A program made the translations under genes and the position numbers. A DNA stretch of 25,510 nucleotides, taken from a virus. Taxonomy: Duplodnaviria; Caudoviricetes. The stretch lies in IMG/VR virus record IMGVR_UViG_3300044723_003767, positions 1-25,510 of that record. One strand, given 5' to 3'. Below the pieces are notes generated by a model, which did no database searches, was not told the DNA's origin, and saw only the letters and a program-made list of their open reading frames with translations. Positions 16,979-25,510 of this stretch are shown in pieces; the first letter of the stretch is position 1, and every line of letters begins with the position of its first letter.

Positions 16979-17111
16979 GAATGGCTATCCTACAGAAAAT
17001 CCAGTCCTGTTTGAGCAAATAGTTAAGCTGATTCGTATTTTGGAAACACAAGGGTACGGCATAAGCTTTAGCGATGTAGAAAACGAAAATTCAATTGTGA
17101 GGCGAAGATGA
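16929..17111 (+). CDS. Hypothetical protein
   Basis: 60 aa, ATGA overlap with terS. Confidence 0.55.
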   Translation: MDIAPLTREEIKYLLNENGYPTENPVLFEQIVKLIRILETQGYGISFSDVENENSIVRRR

Positions 17112-17539
17112 CTTACACAGCAGATAAATTACCAAGAGGCAGACCCAGCAGCTATCTAGAAGAATACGTTGAACAAGCATTTGACTACGCTGACGGCGGA
17201 TGGATGAAGCTTGCAGATGCTATTCCTACACTAGATAGGCTTGCTATCCTGTTAGGCACGAATGTAAACACTATGAGTGATTGGGCAAACAAACACGATG
17301 ATTTCTCTTCAGCATTAGAGAGAGTCAAAACCCAGCAGAAGCTGGCCCTTATGAATGGCTCCTTGAACGGCGAGTACAACGCCCAGATTGCCAAGATGTT
17401 GTTTAGTGCTAATCATGGTATGTCTGAGAAAACAGAGCAGCACATGACCTCTGATGGCTCACTAGCACCAACTCATGTAGTCCTCCAGGGCGTAGCAGCA
17501 CATCACGAAGATGACGAACCAGAAATCGGCATCCATTAA
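17108..17539 (+). CDS. terS: Terminase small subunit
   Basis: GRPSSY, IPT...LA..LG HTH, W...H.DFS.AL, LSANHG-like end. Precedes terL. Confidence 0.88.
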   Translation: MTYTADKLPRGRPSSYLEEYVEQAFDYADGGWMKLADAIPTLDRLAILLGTNVNTMSDWANKHDDFSSALERVKTQQKLALMNGSLNGEYNAQIAKMLFSANHGMSEKTEQHMTSDGSLAPTHVVLQGVAAHHEDDEPEIGIH

Positions 17540-18797
17540 TTTACCTGATAAGCTCCGGCCAGTCTTTGAGGGCGAGGCTCGTTATCGAGCAAGCTTTGGT
17601 GGCAGAGGGTCTGGCAAGACAAGAACCTTTGCTTTGATGACTGCGGTCCGAGGATATCAGTGGGGCAAGGCTGGCAAGGAAGGCATTATCCTTTGCGCTA
17701 GGGAACATCTCAACTCACTTGATGAATCATCCCTAGAAGAAGTCAAGGCTGCCATATCCTCTGTTGACTGGCTCAAGAATTATTACGAGGTTGGCGAGAG
17801 ATATATCCGCAGCAAAGATGGCAGAATCAATTACTCATTCGCTGGTCTTAGACGTAATGTAGACTCGCTCAAGAGCCGCAGCAGGATATTGATATGCTGG
17901 GTTGACGAAGCTGAGAACGTATCTGAGAGCGCATGGCAGAAGCTAATACCAACTGTCCGAGAACATGAATCAGAGATATGGGTTACTTGGAATCCAGAGA
18001 GCAAACAGTCAGCTACCCATAAGCGATTCAGAGAAACGCCGCCAGACGATATGAAATGTGCTGAGATGAATTGGAGAGATAACCCCTGGTTTCCTTCAGT
18101 GCTACAGCAAGCTCGCTTGGAAGACAAAGAGAAACGACCAGATATCTATCCGCACGTTTGGGAAGGTGACTTCCGTATCCATGTTGAGGGCAGCTACTAC
18201 GCCACCGAGATGCTTAGAGCGCAGTCAGAAGGCAGGATATGTGCTGTACCATATGACCGGAACGCTGCTGTAGTTACAGCTTGGGATTTAGGTATGGCAG
18301 ATACCACCAGCATATGGTTTGCTCAGTATGTTGGCAAAGAGATTCGCATCATTGATTACTACGAGAACTCAGGTATGGCTCTAGACCACTATGTTCGAGT
18401 CCTAGCTGACAAGGGCTACGCCTATGACCAGCACATACTTCCTCACGATGTCAGAGTCAAAGAGCTAGGCACTGGACTTAGCCGATATGAGGTCCTACAG
18501 AATCTTGGCCTGTCAAATGTAATTATCTGCCCAATGGTATCTGTCGAGGATGGTATCCAGCAGGTACGCTCCCAGCTTGATCGGTGCTGGTTTGATGAGC
18601 CTCAATGCGATAGGGGAGTAGACGCTCTCAGGCAGTACCGCAGAGATTGGGATGATGTAGGCAAGGCTTGGCGAGGCAGACCACTCCACGATTGGACATC
18701 GCACCCAGCAGATGCTTTCCGTTACCTGGCAGTTGGCTACCAGCCGGCTAAAGACTGGGGCGCACCCATCCGCAGAAGGCTACAGGGCATAGCGTAA
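17511..18797 (+). CDS. terL: Terminase large subunit
   Basis: Walker A GGRGSGKT, Walker B WVDEAE, TWNP, nuclease WDLG and SHPADAFRY. Confidence 0.96.
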   Translation: MTNQKSASINLPDKLRPVFEGEARYRASFGGRGSGKTRTFALMTAVRGYQWGKAGKEGIILCAREHLNSLDESSLEEVKAAISSVDWLKNYYEVGERYIRSKDGRINYSFAGLRRNVDSLKSRSRILICWVDEAENVSESAWQKLIPTVREHESEIWVTWNPESKQSATHKRFRETPPDDMKCAEMNWRDNPWFPSVLQQARLEDKEKRPDIYPHVWEGDFRIHVEGSYYATEMLRAQSEGRICAVPYDRNAAVVTAWDLGMADTTSIWFAQYVGKEIRIIDYYENSGMALDHYVRVLADKGYAYDQHILPHDVRVKELGTGLSRYEVLQNLGLSNVIICPMVSVEDGIQQVRSQLDRCWFDEPQCDRGVDALRQYRRDWDDVGKAWRGRPLHDWTSHPADAFRYLAVGYQPAKDWGAPIRRRLQGIA

Positions 18798-18813
18798 GAA
18801 AACCTGCCAACTA

Positions 18814-18845
18814 TGCTATAATCGCCTCATGTGATTTACGAGGCG
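18814..18845 (+). promoter_or_regulatory. Extended -10 promoter with RBS-sequestering hairpin
   Basis: TGCTATAAT 18814-18822. CGCCTC(18823-28) pairs with GAGGCG(18840-45). Confidence 0.65.
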
Positions 18846-18849
18846 CAAG

Positions 18850-20340
18850 ATGGCTAACGGAATACTGGACAGATTATTACCAAGGCGCAGAGAGCTGACA
18901 CCTGAGCAGCAAGCTCAAGCTCTTGAAGCTTTGAGAAGGGCAGGCATTCCCACAGAGATGCCATTCACTGGATCACAAGCGGCTTACTTCGGATCACAGT
19001 TAGCACCTGGTGCAGGAGCATTAGACGCAAGCGGTTATATGCCTGCAATGCCATCCAGAGAGCAAGGGCTGCTTGATACTGCTACACAAGGCCAGTTCAA
19101 TCCAAGCTTGAGACAGAACTTCAGAGAAGGCAATTATTTCGATGCAGCCTTACAAGGGCTTGGGCTACTAGGCGATGCAGCTTATACCATACCTTTAGCT
19201 GGAGCTATTGTTGGGCCAGCACTCAAAGCCCCTAGAGCTATTCAAGCGACTGCAAGGGCTGCAAGAACATTTAACCCAGAAAGCGTTGATACAAGATTTT
19301 CACCAAGGACTGTTAAAAAGACAGGAGAAATGGGGAAAGCTGACGCAACAAGATTGGGTGAAGCTTTTGAAGCGCAATATGAGTCTAGGAATTTAGACAT
19401 CCCTAATCTAAGCATATTTGATCTTGAAGGAAGGCCGTTCATGACTACTATGTCAGATAGAACTGCTGCCGGAGGACTGCTAACAAGAATAAATAATACA
19501 GCTTTTGATCAGCCTATAGATTTGAGGGGAGGTCAAGACTATATGTTTGATCTTATGAACTCTGGACAGGTTTGGGCATCAGACCCTAAAGTTGTCGCTC
19601 AGATGCTGGAATATGCAAAAGATGCAAGAAAGGCAGCAGGCCAAGACCCTATATATATTCCTTGGAGAATGGCTCCATCTGGAGGAGACTATTCCACAAT
19701 GACTGGCGAGGCTATGGTTTCTTATGCTGGCCGAAATATGTCACCAAGCGACATACAAGCAATAAACAAGGAAATAAGAGAAACGGGGATAAATGTATCG
19801 GTCAGAAGATTAAAGCCCGGCACAACAGATGAGTATATTACTGAAAGTAAAAACATAATAGTTCCAGATTTTAAAGGCCTTGATAATCCTGAATCTGCTG
19901 TCCAAATGAGAGAGCTAACTGGAAACCAAAGGAAAGCAATACAAAAAATCTTGGACAAGAACAGAGGCTTAGGTGGACTTTCTTATACTGAGGCAAGGCT
20001 TGCTGTTGCTGACCCGACACAATTAAACGCTATGGATGCAGGGCTACAGAATGTTGGTATTGTAGATACATCAAGAGGCATCATATCTCAATCTGGCCAT
20101 CCTACATATGCTGCTGGCTTACCAGGTGAGGGAATCGGAAGATTGAATGAGGATGTTGGCATATATGAGCTTTTGCCTGAACTTGCTGATTTTAGAAGAG
20201 CCAAGAAAACATCTACAGCCTATATAAACCCGATAGCTCCATCAGCCCAAGACATAAGAGCTTTGCAGATGAAGCCATACACAGGCATCCTAACAGAAGG
20301 TATTTTAAGACGAATACAGGATAGATTAGCTAATCAATAA
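18850..20340 (+). CDS. 496-aa protein of unknown function, possibly virion-delivered (G/A/L-rich N-terminus, globular C-terminus)
   Basis: Long ORF with RBS GAGG. N-terminal DAALQGLGLLGD..IPLAG...K segment. No recognisable catalytic motif. Confidence 0.75.
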   Translation: MANGILDRLLPRRRELTPEQQAQALEALRRAGIPTEMPFTGSQAAYFGSQLAPGAGALDASGYMPAMPSREQGLLDTATQGQFNPSLRQNFREGNYFDAALQGLGLLGDAAYTIPLAGAIVGPALKAPRAIQATARAARTFNPESVDTRFSPRTVKKTGEMGKADATRLGEAFEAQYESRNLDIPNLSIFDLEGRPFMTTMSDRTAAGGLLTRINNTAFDQPIDLRGGQDYMFDLMNSGQVWASDPKVVAQMLEYAKDARKAAGQDPIYIPWRMAPSGGDYSTMTGEAMVSYAGRNMSPSDIQAINKEIRETGINVSVRRLKPGTTDEYITESKNIIVPDFKGLDNPESAVQMRELTGNQRKAIQKILDKNRGLGGLSYTEARLAVADPTQLNAMDAGLQNVGIVDTSRGIISQSGHPTYAAGLPGEGIGRLNEDVGIYELLPELADFRRAKKTSTAYINPIAPSAQDIRALQMKPYTGILTEGILRRIQDRLANQ

Positions 20341-20530
20341 TGCAGAAATATTCAGGTTTAAATAAAGATGCTTTTTCTTTGCCGCACATCTCAGTAAGCT
20401 CTGCGACAACATCTTGAACATCCATAAGCGGCCTGCCAATCCAAGATTTTTTAACCTCAATCATCATTAGATGATCATAAATCTCTTTTGGTATTTTTGC
20501 TTCGGTATTTATCATTGGTAATAGTTTCAT
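20330..20530 (-). CDS. Small convergent hypothetical protein (66 aa)
   Basis: RBS GGAGG, ATG 20530, own promoter, 11-nt tail-to-tail overlap with the 496-aa gene. Confidence 0.75.
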   Translation of the reverse strand: MKLLPMINTEAKIPKEIYDHLMMIEVKKSWIGRPLMDVQDVVAELTEMCGKEKASLFKPEYFCIID

Positions 20531-20554
20531 ATTTGCCTCCAATTGAAACCCTTA

Positions 20555-20583
20555 ATTATATAATCCCAGCGTTAGAAAAGCAC
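20555..20583 (-). promoter_or_regulatory. Sigma70-type promoter for the convergent gene
   Basis: GTGCTT-17-TATAAT. Confidence 0.6.
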
Positions 20584-20590
20584 CAGAAAA

Positions 20591-20599
20591 TGCTATAAT
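20591..20599 (+). promoter_or_regulatory. Extended -10 promoter for tail operon
   Basis: TGCTATAAT, identical to the 18814 element. Confidence 0.65.
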
Positions 20600-20620
20600 G
20601 CTGGCAAGAGGTAAAAATTT

Positions 20621-21238
20621 ATGGCAATCACAACATACTCAGAATTAAAAACATCAATCGCTGACTTTCTCAACCGCGATGATTTAACTTCTGTTATCCC
20701 TGACTTCATCACTCTGGCTGAAGCACAGATGGAGCGTGAGCTACGCCATTACAGCATGGAGAAGCGATCTACTGCCGAGATTGATACCAGGTACTCAGAG
20801 CTTCCTAGTGACTTCCTAGAGCCGATTAGGATGCACCTTGAGGAGCAATCTACTAGGCTTGAGCTGATATCTCTTGATGATATGCTTGAGCTGAGACAGG
20901 ACAGCAATAACACTTCTGGCAGGCCAACAAGCTACGCAATAACCGGCGGAGCTATTGAGGTATATCCAACACCTGATGCCACCTACAATCTTGAATTACT
21001 ATATTACGCCAGCATAGCCAAGCTGTCAGACTCGAACACTAGCAACTGGATACTCGCAAGCCACCCTGATGCCTATCTCTATGGAGCATTATTGCAATCA
21101 GCACCTTACCTGAAGGATGATGCTAGAATGCAGGTTTGGAGTATGCTTTACGCTGGTGCTGTACAATCAATTAACACTCAGAGCAATCGTGCCAAGCATG
21201 GCGGCTCTGGACTTAGACTTAAAATCAGGAGCTACTGA
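20621..21238 (+). CDS. Head-tail adaptor / tail tubular protein A-like
   Basis: TYSELK..IADFLNRDDL..IPDFI.LAE, PTPD, NWIL..HPDAYLYGAL. Confidence 0.82.
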   Translation: MAITTYSELKTSIADFLNRDDLTSVIPDFITLAEAQMERELRHYSMEKRSTAEIDTRYSELPSDFLEPIRMHLEEQSTRLELISLDDMLELRQDSNNTSGRPTSYAITGGAIEVYPTPDATYNLELLYYASIAKLSDSNTSNWILASHPDAYLYGALLQSAPYLKDDARMQVWSMLYAGAVQSINTQSNRAKHGGSGLRLKIRSY

Positions 21239-21618
21239 TGTCATTAACTAATACATATGAAACAACCACTCTAACCTGGCTGTTTACTGGTGATTCGGCT
21301 ACTAGGCCGACCGCTTGGTACATTGGCCTTTTTACTACTGACCCAGGCGAAACTGGAAGCGGTACTGAAGTATCTGGCGGCTCATACGCTAGAACTGCTG
21401 TTACCCTGACTGTATCAGGCAACACGGCTACCAATAGCGCGGCTGTAGAGTTTGCTGCTGCAACTGCAAGTTGGGGAACTATTACCCACATTGGCGTTAT
21501 GGATGCTTCTTCTGGTGGAACCATGATTGTTCATGCGGCCCTAGATGCAAGCAAGGCTATTGCAAGCGGTGACGTATTCCGAATCCCTGCCGGTGACTTG
21601 GATATTACGCTCGACTAA
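21238..21618 (+). CDS. Small beta-rich virion/tail protein
   Basis: YIGLFTTDP..G.GTEVSGGSYAR..WGTITH..DASSGG motif. Confidence 0.75.
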   Translation: MSLTNTYETTTLTWLFTGDSATRPTAWYIGLFTTDPGETGSGTEVSGGSYARTAVTLTVSGNTATNSAAVEFAAATASWGTITHIGVMDASSGGTMIVHAALDASKAIASGDVFRIPAGDLDITLD

Positions 21619-22331
21619 TGGCACTAAGAACCGGATATGGCACTGGGGCGTATAGCTCTGGAAAGTATGGCTACCCTGAAGTCTTTGAGGGAGCATCTGC
21701 CACATCCATAACCTCTGTTGTCAGTGAGGCTACTGGGCAGAGGATTGGGCTTGGTTCGGCTACAGCAATAAGCTCGGTAACGACTACCGCAGCAGCAGAA
21801 ATTGTAAGGCTCGGCAGTGCTACTGAGGCAATAACTAGCGCAACGACTGCCTCAGCCACTAGAGTAAGGCTAGGCTCGCTCACAGAGGCTATCACAAGCT
21901 CAACGAGCGCATCTGCTGTCAGGGTATTTGATTTAAGCGCAACTAGCGCATTGACATCTGCTGTTACCGCATCTGCTGTTGCAGTTAAGACTTGCTCTGC
22001 AACTGTATCGCCCAGCAGCTCTGTTACGGCTTCTGGTGAACGCATTAGACTTGGAACGGCCACAAGTAGCTCCAGCACTACAACAAGTGCTAATGCTGTT
22101 ACTGTACTTTCTGCGTCATCAACTGCTGCAATATCTGTTATAATCGGGCTATCGGTAAACAGAGTACAAAACGCATCATGCTCAGAATCGTTTACATCTA
22201 GCGCATCATGTTCGGCTAGATTTAAATGGCAGGATGATTCAGAGCCAAGTGATTCTTGGACAGACATAACCCTGTTGCCAGAAACTTGGACAAATCAAAC
22301 TAACACAAGCGAAAGCTGGACAGGACTATAG
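21618..22331 (+). CDS. Ser/Thr/Ala-rich protein with ~20-aa repeats (putative virion fibre)
   Basis: About nine units of the form SAT.AITS...ASA.RVRLG. YG-rich N-terminus and W-spaced C-terminus. Confidence 0.78.
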   Translation: MALRTGYGTGAYSSGKYGYPEVFEGASATSITSVVSEATGQRIGLGSATAISSVTTTAAAEIVRLGSATEAITSATTASATRVRLGSLTEAITSSTSASAVRVFDLSATSALTSAVTASAVAVKTCSATVSPSSSVTASGERIRLGTATSSSSTTTSANAVTVLSASSTAAISVIIGLSVNRVQNASCSESFTSSASCSARFKWQDDSEPSDSWTDITLLPETWTNQTNTSESWTGL

Positions 22332-22340
22332 AGGCACAAA

Positions 22341-23405
22341 ATGGCTGATACTACTACTACCACATACGGATTGACTAAACCCGAAGTCGGTGCGTCTGAT
22401 GACACTTGGGGTACTAAGCTCAATACCAACTTGGACAGTATTGATGACCTGCTTGATGGTACTACTCCTGTTACCGGCATTGATATTAACTCCGGCACAA
22501 TTGATGGAGTCACGATAGGCGGTTCTAGTGCTGGTGCTGGTACGTTTACCACCTTTACTTCCACAGGCATTGATGATAATGGTACGGCTACTGCTGTCAC
22601 TATTGATAGCTCTGATAATGTCGGCATAGGTACTGCCTCGCCAGACGGAACGCTTCATGTCCATACGGCAAGTGCTGGTAGTGTTACTGCGTCTACTGCC
22701 GCAGATGACTTAGTAGTTGAGAACTCTGCTAGTGGAGGTATGTCTATACTGACCCCTGATGCCAGTTCTGGTGCTATATTTGCTGGTAGTCCTTCTGATT
22801 CAGTAGGTGCTGTCTTTGGTAGGTGGAATTATGACTCCAATCTTTTAGATAACGGAACCGCAAAAGTTGGCGCTACTTATGAACTTAGGGCAGACAATGG
22901 AGTAACCAACCTAACCCTATCAGGTGGTAGCGGTAGTGAATCTGCTGTTTTTGCAGGGACAGTAACGGCTACAGACGGGATTTACCTTGGGGGTACACTA
23001 GCAGGAAATTTGCTTGATTACTACCTTGAGACAACGTGGTCACCTATTACAAAAGGCTCATCTACGGCAGGGACAGGAACATATACTTATCAAAATGGAA
23101 CACTTACAAGGATAGGAAGGCTGGTGGTATTCAATGCGTATTGTGCTGTTACGGCTCACACTGGGTCGGGAGGTTTTAGAGTTTCTATACCATATACGGC
23201 ATCTTCATTTGCATATTTTGCTCTAAGCTCCCCTTACCAGTATCAAATTACGCTTAGTGCCAACCATACGTGTACAGGAGGTTATATAGCTCCTAATACA
23301 ACTTTTGCACAATTACAAGAAGTTCCTGTTGGGGGTGGAACACTAGGTACACCAAACTTAGATGCTGCATGTGAAATAATGTGGGGAGCATCCTATGAAA
23401 TTTAA
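22341..23405 (+). CDS. Tail fibre protein
   Basis: Anchor [37 protein letters not shown] repeat unit, C-terminal LDYY.E.TW.P / TRIGRLV domain. Confidence 0.85.
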   Translation: MADTTTTTYGLTKPEVGASDDTWGTKLNTNLDSIDDLLDGTTPVTGIDINSGTIDGVTIGGSSAGAGTFTTFTSTGIDDNGTATAVTIDSSDNVGIGTASPDGTLHVHTASAGSVTASTAADDLVVENSASGGMSILTPDASSGAIFAGSPSDSVGAVFGRWNYDSNLLDNGTAKVGATYELRADNGVTNLTLSGGSGSESAVFAGTVTATDGIYLGGTLAGNLLDYYLETTWSPITKGSSTAGTGTYTYQNGTLTRIGRLVVFNAYCAVTAHTGSGGFRVSIPYTASSFAYFALSSPYQYQITLSANHTCTGGYIAPNTTFAQLQEVPVGGGTLGTPNLDAACEIMWGASYEI

Positions 23406-24231
23406 TGGAGATACTGTGAAACCTTTTCTAATTACAGCAGAACCGAAAGCAAATCTTACATTGAAAGATGGCTCGCCAGAGGTTAGAGAGCCAGCAGTCT
23501 TTATTGTCTACATGGATGATAAAGGCAAGTGTCACATGGAGAAATTCGAGAGTGATGCAGACCTATCAGGTGAGATTCAGGCAGTACAAACTGCTATGGA
23601 AAATATTAAAACTGTTAATGAAGCTACAGATATTAAATGTATTGAGTTCCATGCTATGCCTAGACGGGTTAAGTACGAAGGTGCTGGCACGAAAAGAACA
23701 CCAGCAGGCTTTGAAGATAATCCTTTGTTTGGTTGCTGTTCAGTGATGTATAAAGATAAATTCAATACGCCAATAATTGCGCAGCCAGTTAAAAAGACTG
23801 AGACAGGTGAGATTGTTGAAGGTACAGACGCAGACTATGACCAGTGTGACTGTCCAGAACTAGCAGAGTTTACAAAAGCTATCCATAGAGATACTGGCGG
23901 TATTTATAAGGAAGCAGCTAGACTAATACAGCTTAAAGACGAACCAGACTACCAAGCTGTTGAAACTGTAGAAGCCACTGAAGAAGTAACAGAAGTAGTA
24001 GGCGATAAAGCAGTAGTCAAAACAGTTACCAAGACTAAAGAGATTCCACTGTTTGATGAGATACCTTGTGTAGATGAGGATGGTAATGGCATCTGTGACA
24101 TCTGTAATACTACTCACAAGAAATTCCCGATTACACAGCCTAAGACAGTTAAAGTACCTAGAATGATTGAAGGCAAGAAAGTATCTGATGCTGATAAGGC
24201 TAGATTAGCTGAATTGATGGAGAAATTATAA
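23395..24231 (+). CDS. Hypothetical protein downstream of tail fibre
   Basis: 278 aa, E/K/T/V rich with several Cys. Overlaps the fibre stop. Confidence 0.7.
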   Translation: MKFNGDTVKPFLITAEPKANLTLKDGSPEVREPAVFIVYMDDKGKCHMEKFESDADLSGEIQAVQTAMENIKTVNEATDIKCIEFHAMPRRVKYEGAGTKRTPAGFEDNPLFGCCSVMYKDKFNTPIIAQPVKKTETGEIVEGTDADYDQCDCPELAEFTKAIHRDTGGIYKEAARLIQLKDEPDYQAVETVEATEEVTEVVGDKAVVKTVTKTKEIPLFDEIPCVDEDGNGICDICNTTHKKFPITQPKTVKVPRMIEGKKVSDADKARLAELMEKL

Positions 24232-24290
24232 TGGCTAAAACTACAGTACCACAAGAGTTATCTAGCACTCCTAGTATCACAGAGAGATAG
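24231..24290 (+). pseudogene. 19-codon remnant resembling a tail-fibre N-terminus
   Basis: [19 protein letters not shown] with RBS GGAG and TAATG coupling. Confidence 0.4.
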
Positions 24291-24294
24291 ATAT

Positions 24295-25509
24295 ATGGCC
24301 CTAATTCCGCTTCAGATCGAGTCTGGGATTTATCGCAATGGAACTGACCTTCAGTCGGCCAATAGATGGCGAGATTCCAACTTAGTAAGATGGATTGATG
24401 GAACTATGCGGCCTGTTGGCGGATGGACTGTTAGGAGTCAGACTGCTTCTGCCGCCTCAGTCAGAGGTATGCTTTCTTGGACCGATAACTCTGATGACAA
24501 GTATATTGCTGGCGGAACCTATGAGAAGCTTTATGTATGGAATCAAGCTGGCATTAGATATGACATCACTCCAACAGGATTCACTACTGGCACTGAAGAT
24601 TCTCCAATAAGCTCTGGCTATGGTGGTGGATTATATGGTCAAGAGTATTACGGAACGCCTAGACTTGAGACAACATCTCCGCAGCTAGTAACCACTTGGG
24701 CATTAGATAACTGGGGCGAGTACCTTGTAGGATGCACTGCCGATGATGGAAAGATATATGAGTGGCAGCTTAATACAGCAACACCTGCCGCCGTTGTTAC
24801 CAATGCTCCAACAAGCAATCGCTCTATTATAGTGACTGAGGAAAGGTTCTTATTTGCTTTAGGTGCTGGCGGAAATCCTAGACTTGTACAGTGGTCAGAT
24901 AAAGAAGATAACACCACATGGACTCCATCCGCGACTAATGAGGCTGGCGATCTTGAGCTTCAGACTGAAGGCGAGATTATGTGCGCAATCAGGGTTAGGG
25001 GACAGACTCTCATCCTGACAACTATTGATGCTCATGCTGCTACTTATCAAGGCCCACCATACGTTTATGGTATTGAGCGTGTAGGCTCATCTTGTGGAAT
25101 CATTTCGCAGAAGGCTGTCGCAAGTATTGGCACTGGCGCAGCTTGGATGGGTAGAAACTCATTCTTCCTGTATAACGGAGGTGAGGTCCAGAAGCTCCCT
25201 AGCAGCGTTTCTGACTATGTATTCTCTGACATTAACTCTAATCAGATCAGCAAGGTTTGGGCTGTCAGCAACGCAAGAAATAGCGAGGTTTGGTGGTTTT
25301 ATCCATCCGGCTCAAGCGGAGAATGCAATAAGTATATATCTTATAATTACACTGAGAACACATGGGCCATTGGGGAACTTGCTAGAACCTCTGGCGTTGA
25401 TCATGGAGCATTACAAAGACCAATCTGGGCATCTGCTGATAACTACCATCTTTATGACCATGAGTATGGTTTTGATTATGAATCATTAACACCCTACGCT
25501 GAGTCTGGT
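24295..25509 (+). CDS. Tail nozzle / packaged-DNA stabilisation protein (P22 gp10-like), 3'-truncated
   Basis: MALIPLQIESGIYRNGT...RWRDSNLVRW..RPVGGW, DNWGEYLV and VQWSD beta-propeller-like blades. Open to the window end, hence absent from the ORF track. Confidence 0.8.
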   Translation, partial: MALIPLQIESGIYRNGTDLQSANRWRDSNLVRWIDGTMRPVGGWTVRSQTASAASVRGMLSWTDNSDDKYIAGGTYEKLYVWNQAGIRYDITPTGFTTGTEDSPISSGYGGGLYGQEYYGTPRLETTSPQLVTTWALDNWGEYLVGCTADDGKIYEWQLNTATPAAVVTNAPTSNRSIIVTEERFLFALGAGGNPRLVQWSDKEDNTTWTPSATNEAGDLELQTEGEIMCAIRVRGQTLILTTIDAHAATYQGPPYVYGIERVGSSCGIISQKAVASIGTGAAWMGRNSFFLYNGGEVQKLPSSVSDYVFSDINSNQISKVWAVSNARNSEVWWFYPSGSSGECNKYISYNYTENTWAIGELARTSGVDHGALQRPIWASADNYHLYDHEYGFDYESLTPYAESG

Positions 25510-25510
25510 C

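Noticed and set aside
21671-22267. 198-aa antisense ORF
   Set aside because: Shadow of the Ser/Thr/Ala codon bias of the + strand gene.
24395-25489. ORF-track calls 24395-24610, 24648-24917 and 25094-25489
   Set aside because: Alternative frames of the real open frame starting at 24295.
1-25510. tRNA, CRISPR array, integrase, reverse transcriptase/DGR, intein, recoded stop codons
   Set aside because: None seen. Genes read through with the standard code and no spaced direct repeats were noticed.

Overview
A 25.5-kb segment of a tailed dsDNA bacteriophage with a podovirus-type virion: P22/SU10-like portal, adaptor and nozzle genes, and no tape measure or sheath gene in the window. A Gram-negative, probably gammaproteobacterial, host is inferred from a SutA-like gene and CsrA-type sites. 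Gene order: 5'-truncated portal, scaffold, major capsid, a three-gene exported/membrane cassette, metallophosphoesterase, small basic proteins, and lysis genes (holins, GH24 lysozyme). A short leftward operon follows (ninG, Zn-ribbon, DUF3310-like), then a ~630-bp control region, then a rightward early operon (ERF, YqaJ exonuclease, SSB-like, XRE-HTH, SutA-like, NinB-like, SF2 helicase) and a second early operon of small ORFs. The rest is terS, terL, a 496-aa orphan with a convergent small partner, and tail genes (3'-truncated). The most striking signals are non-coding. (i) A predicted ~77-nt sRNA has anti-Shine-Dalgarno loops complementary to the ribosome-binding sites of the first gene of four separate transcription units. 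(ii) A ~370-nt highly structured RNA with a possible pseudoknot lies upstream of ninG. Family assignments come from motif recognition by eye; no searches were run.
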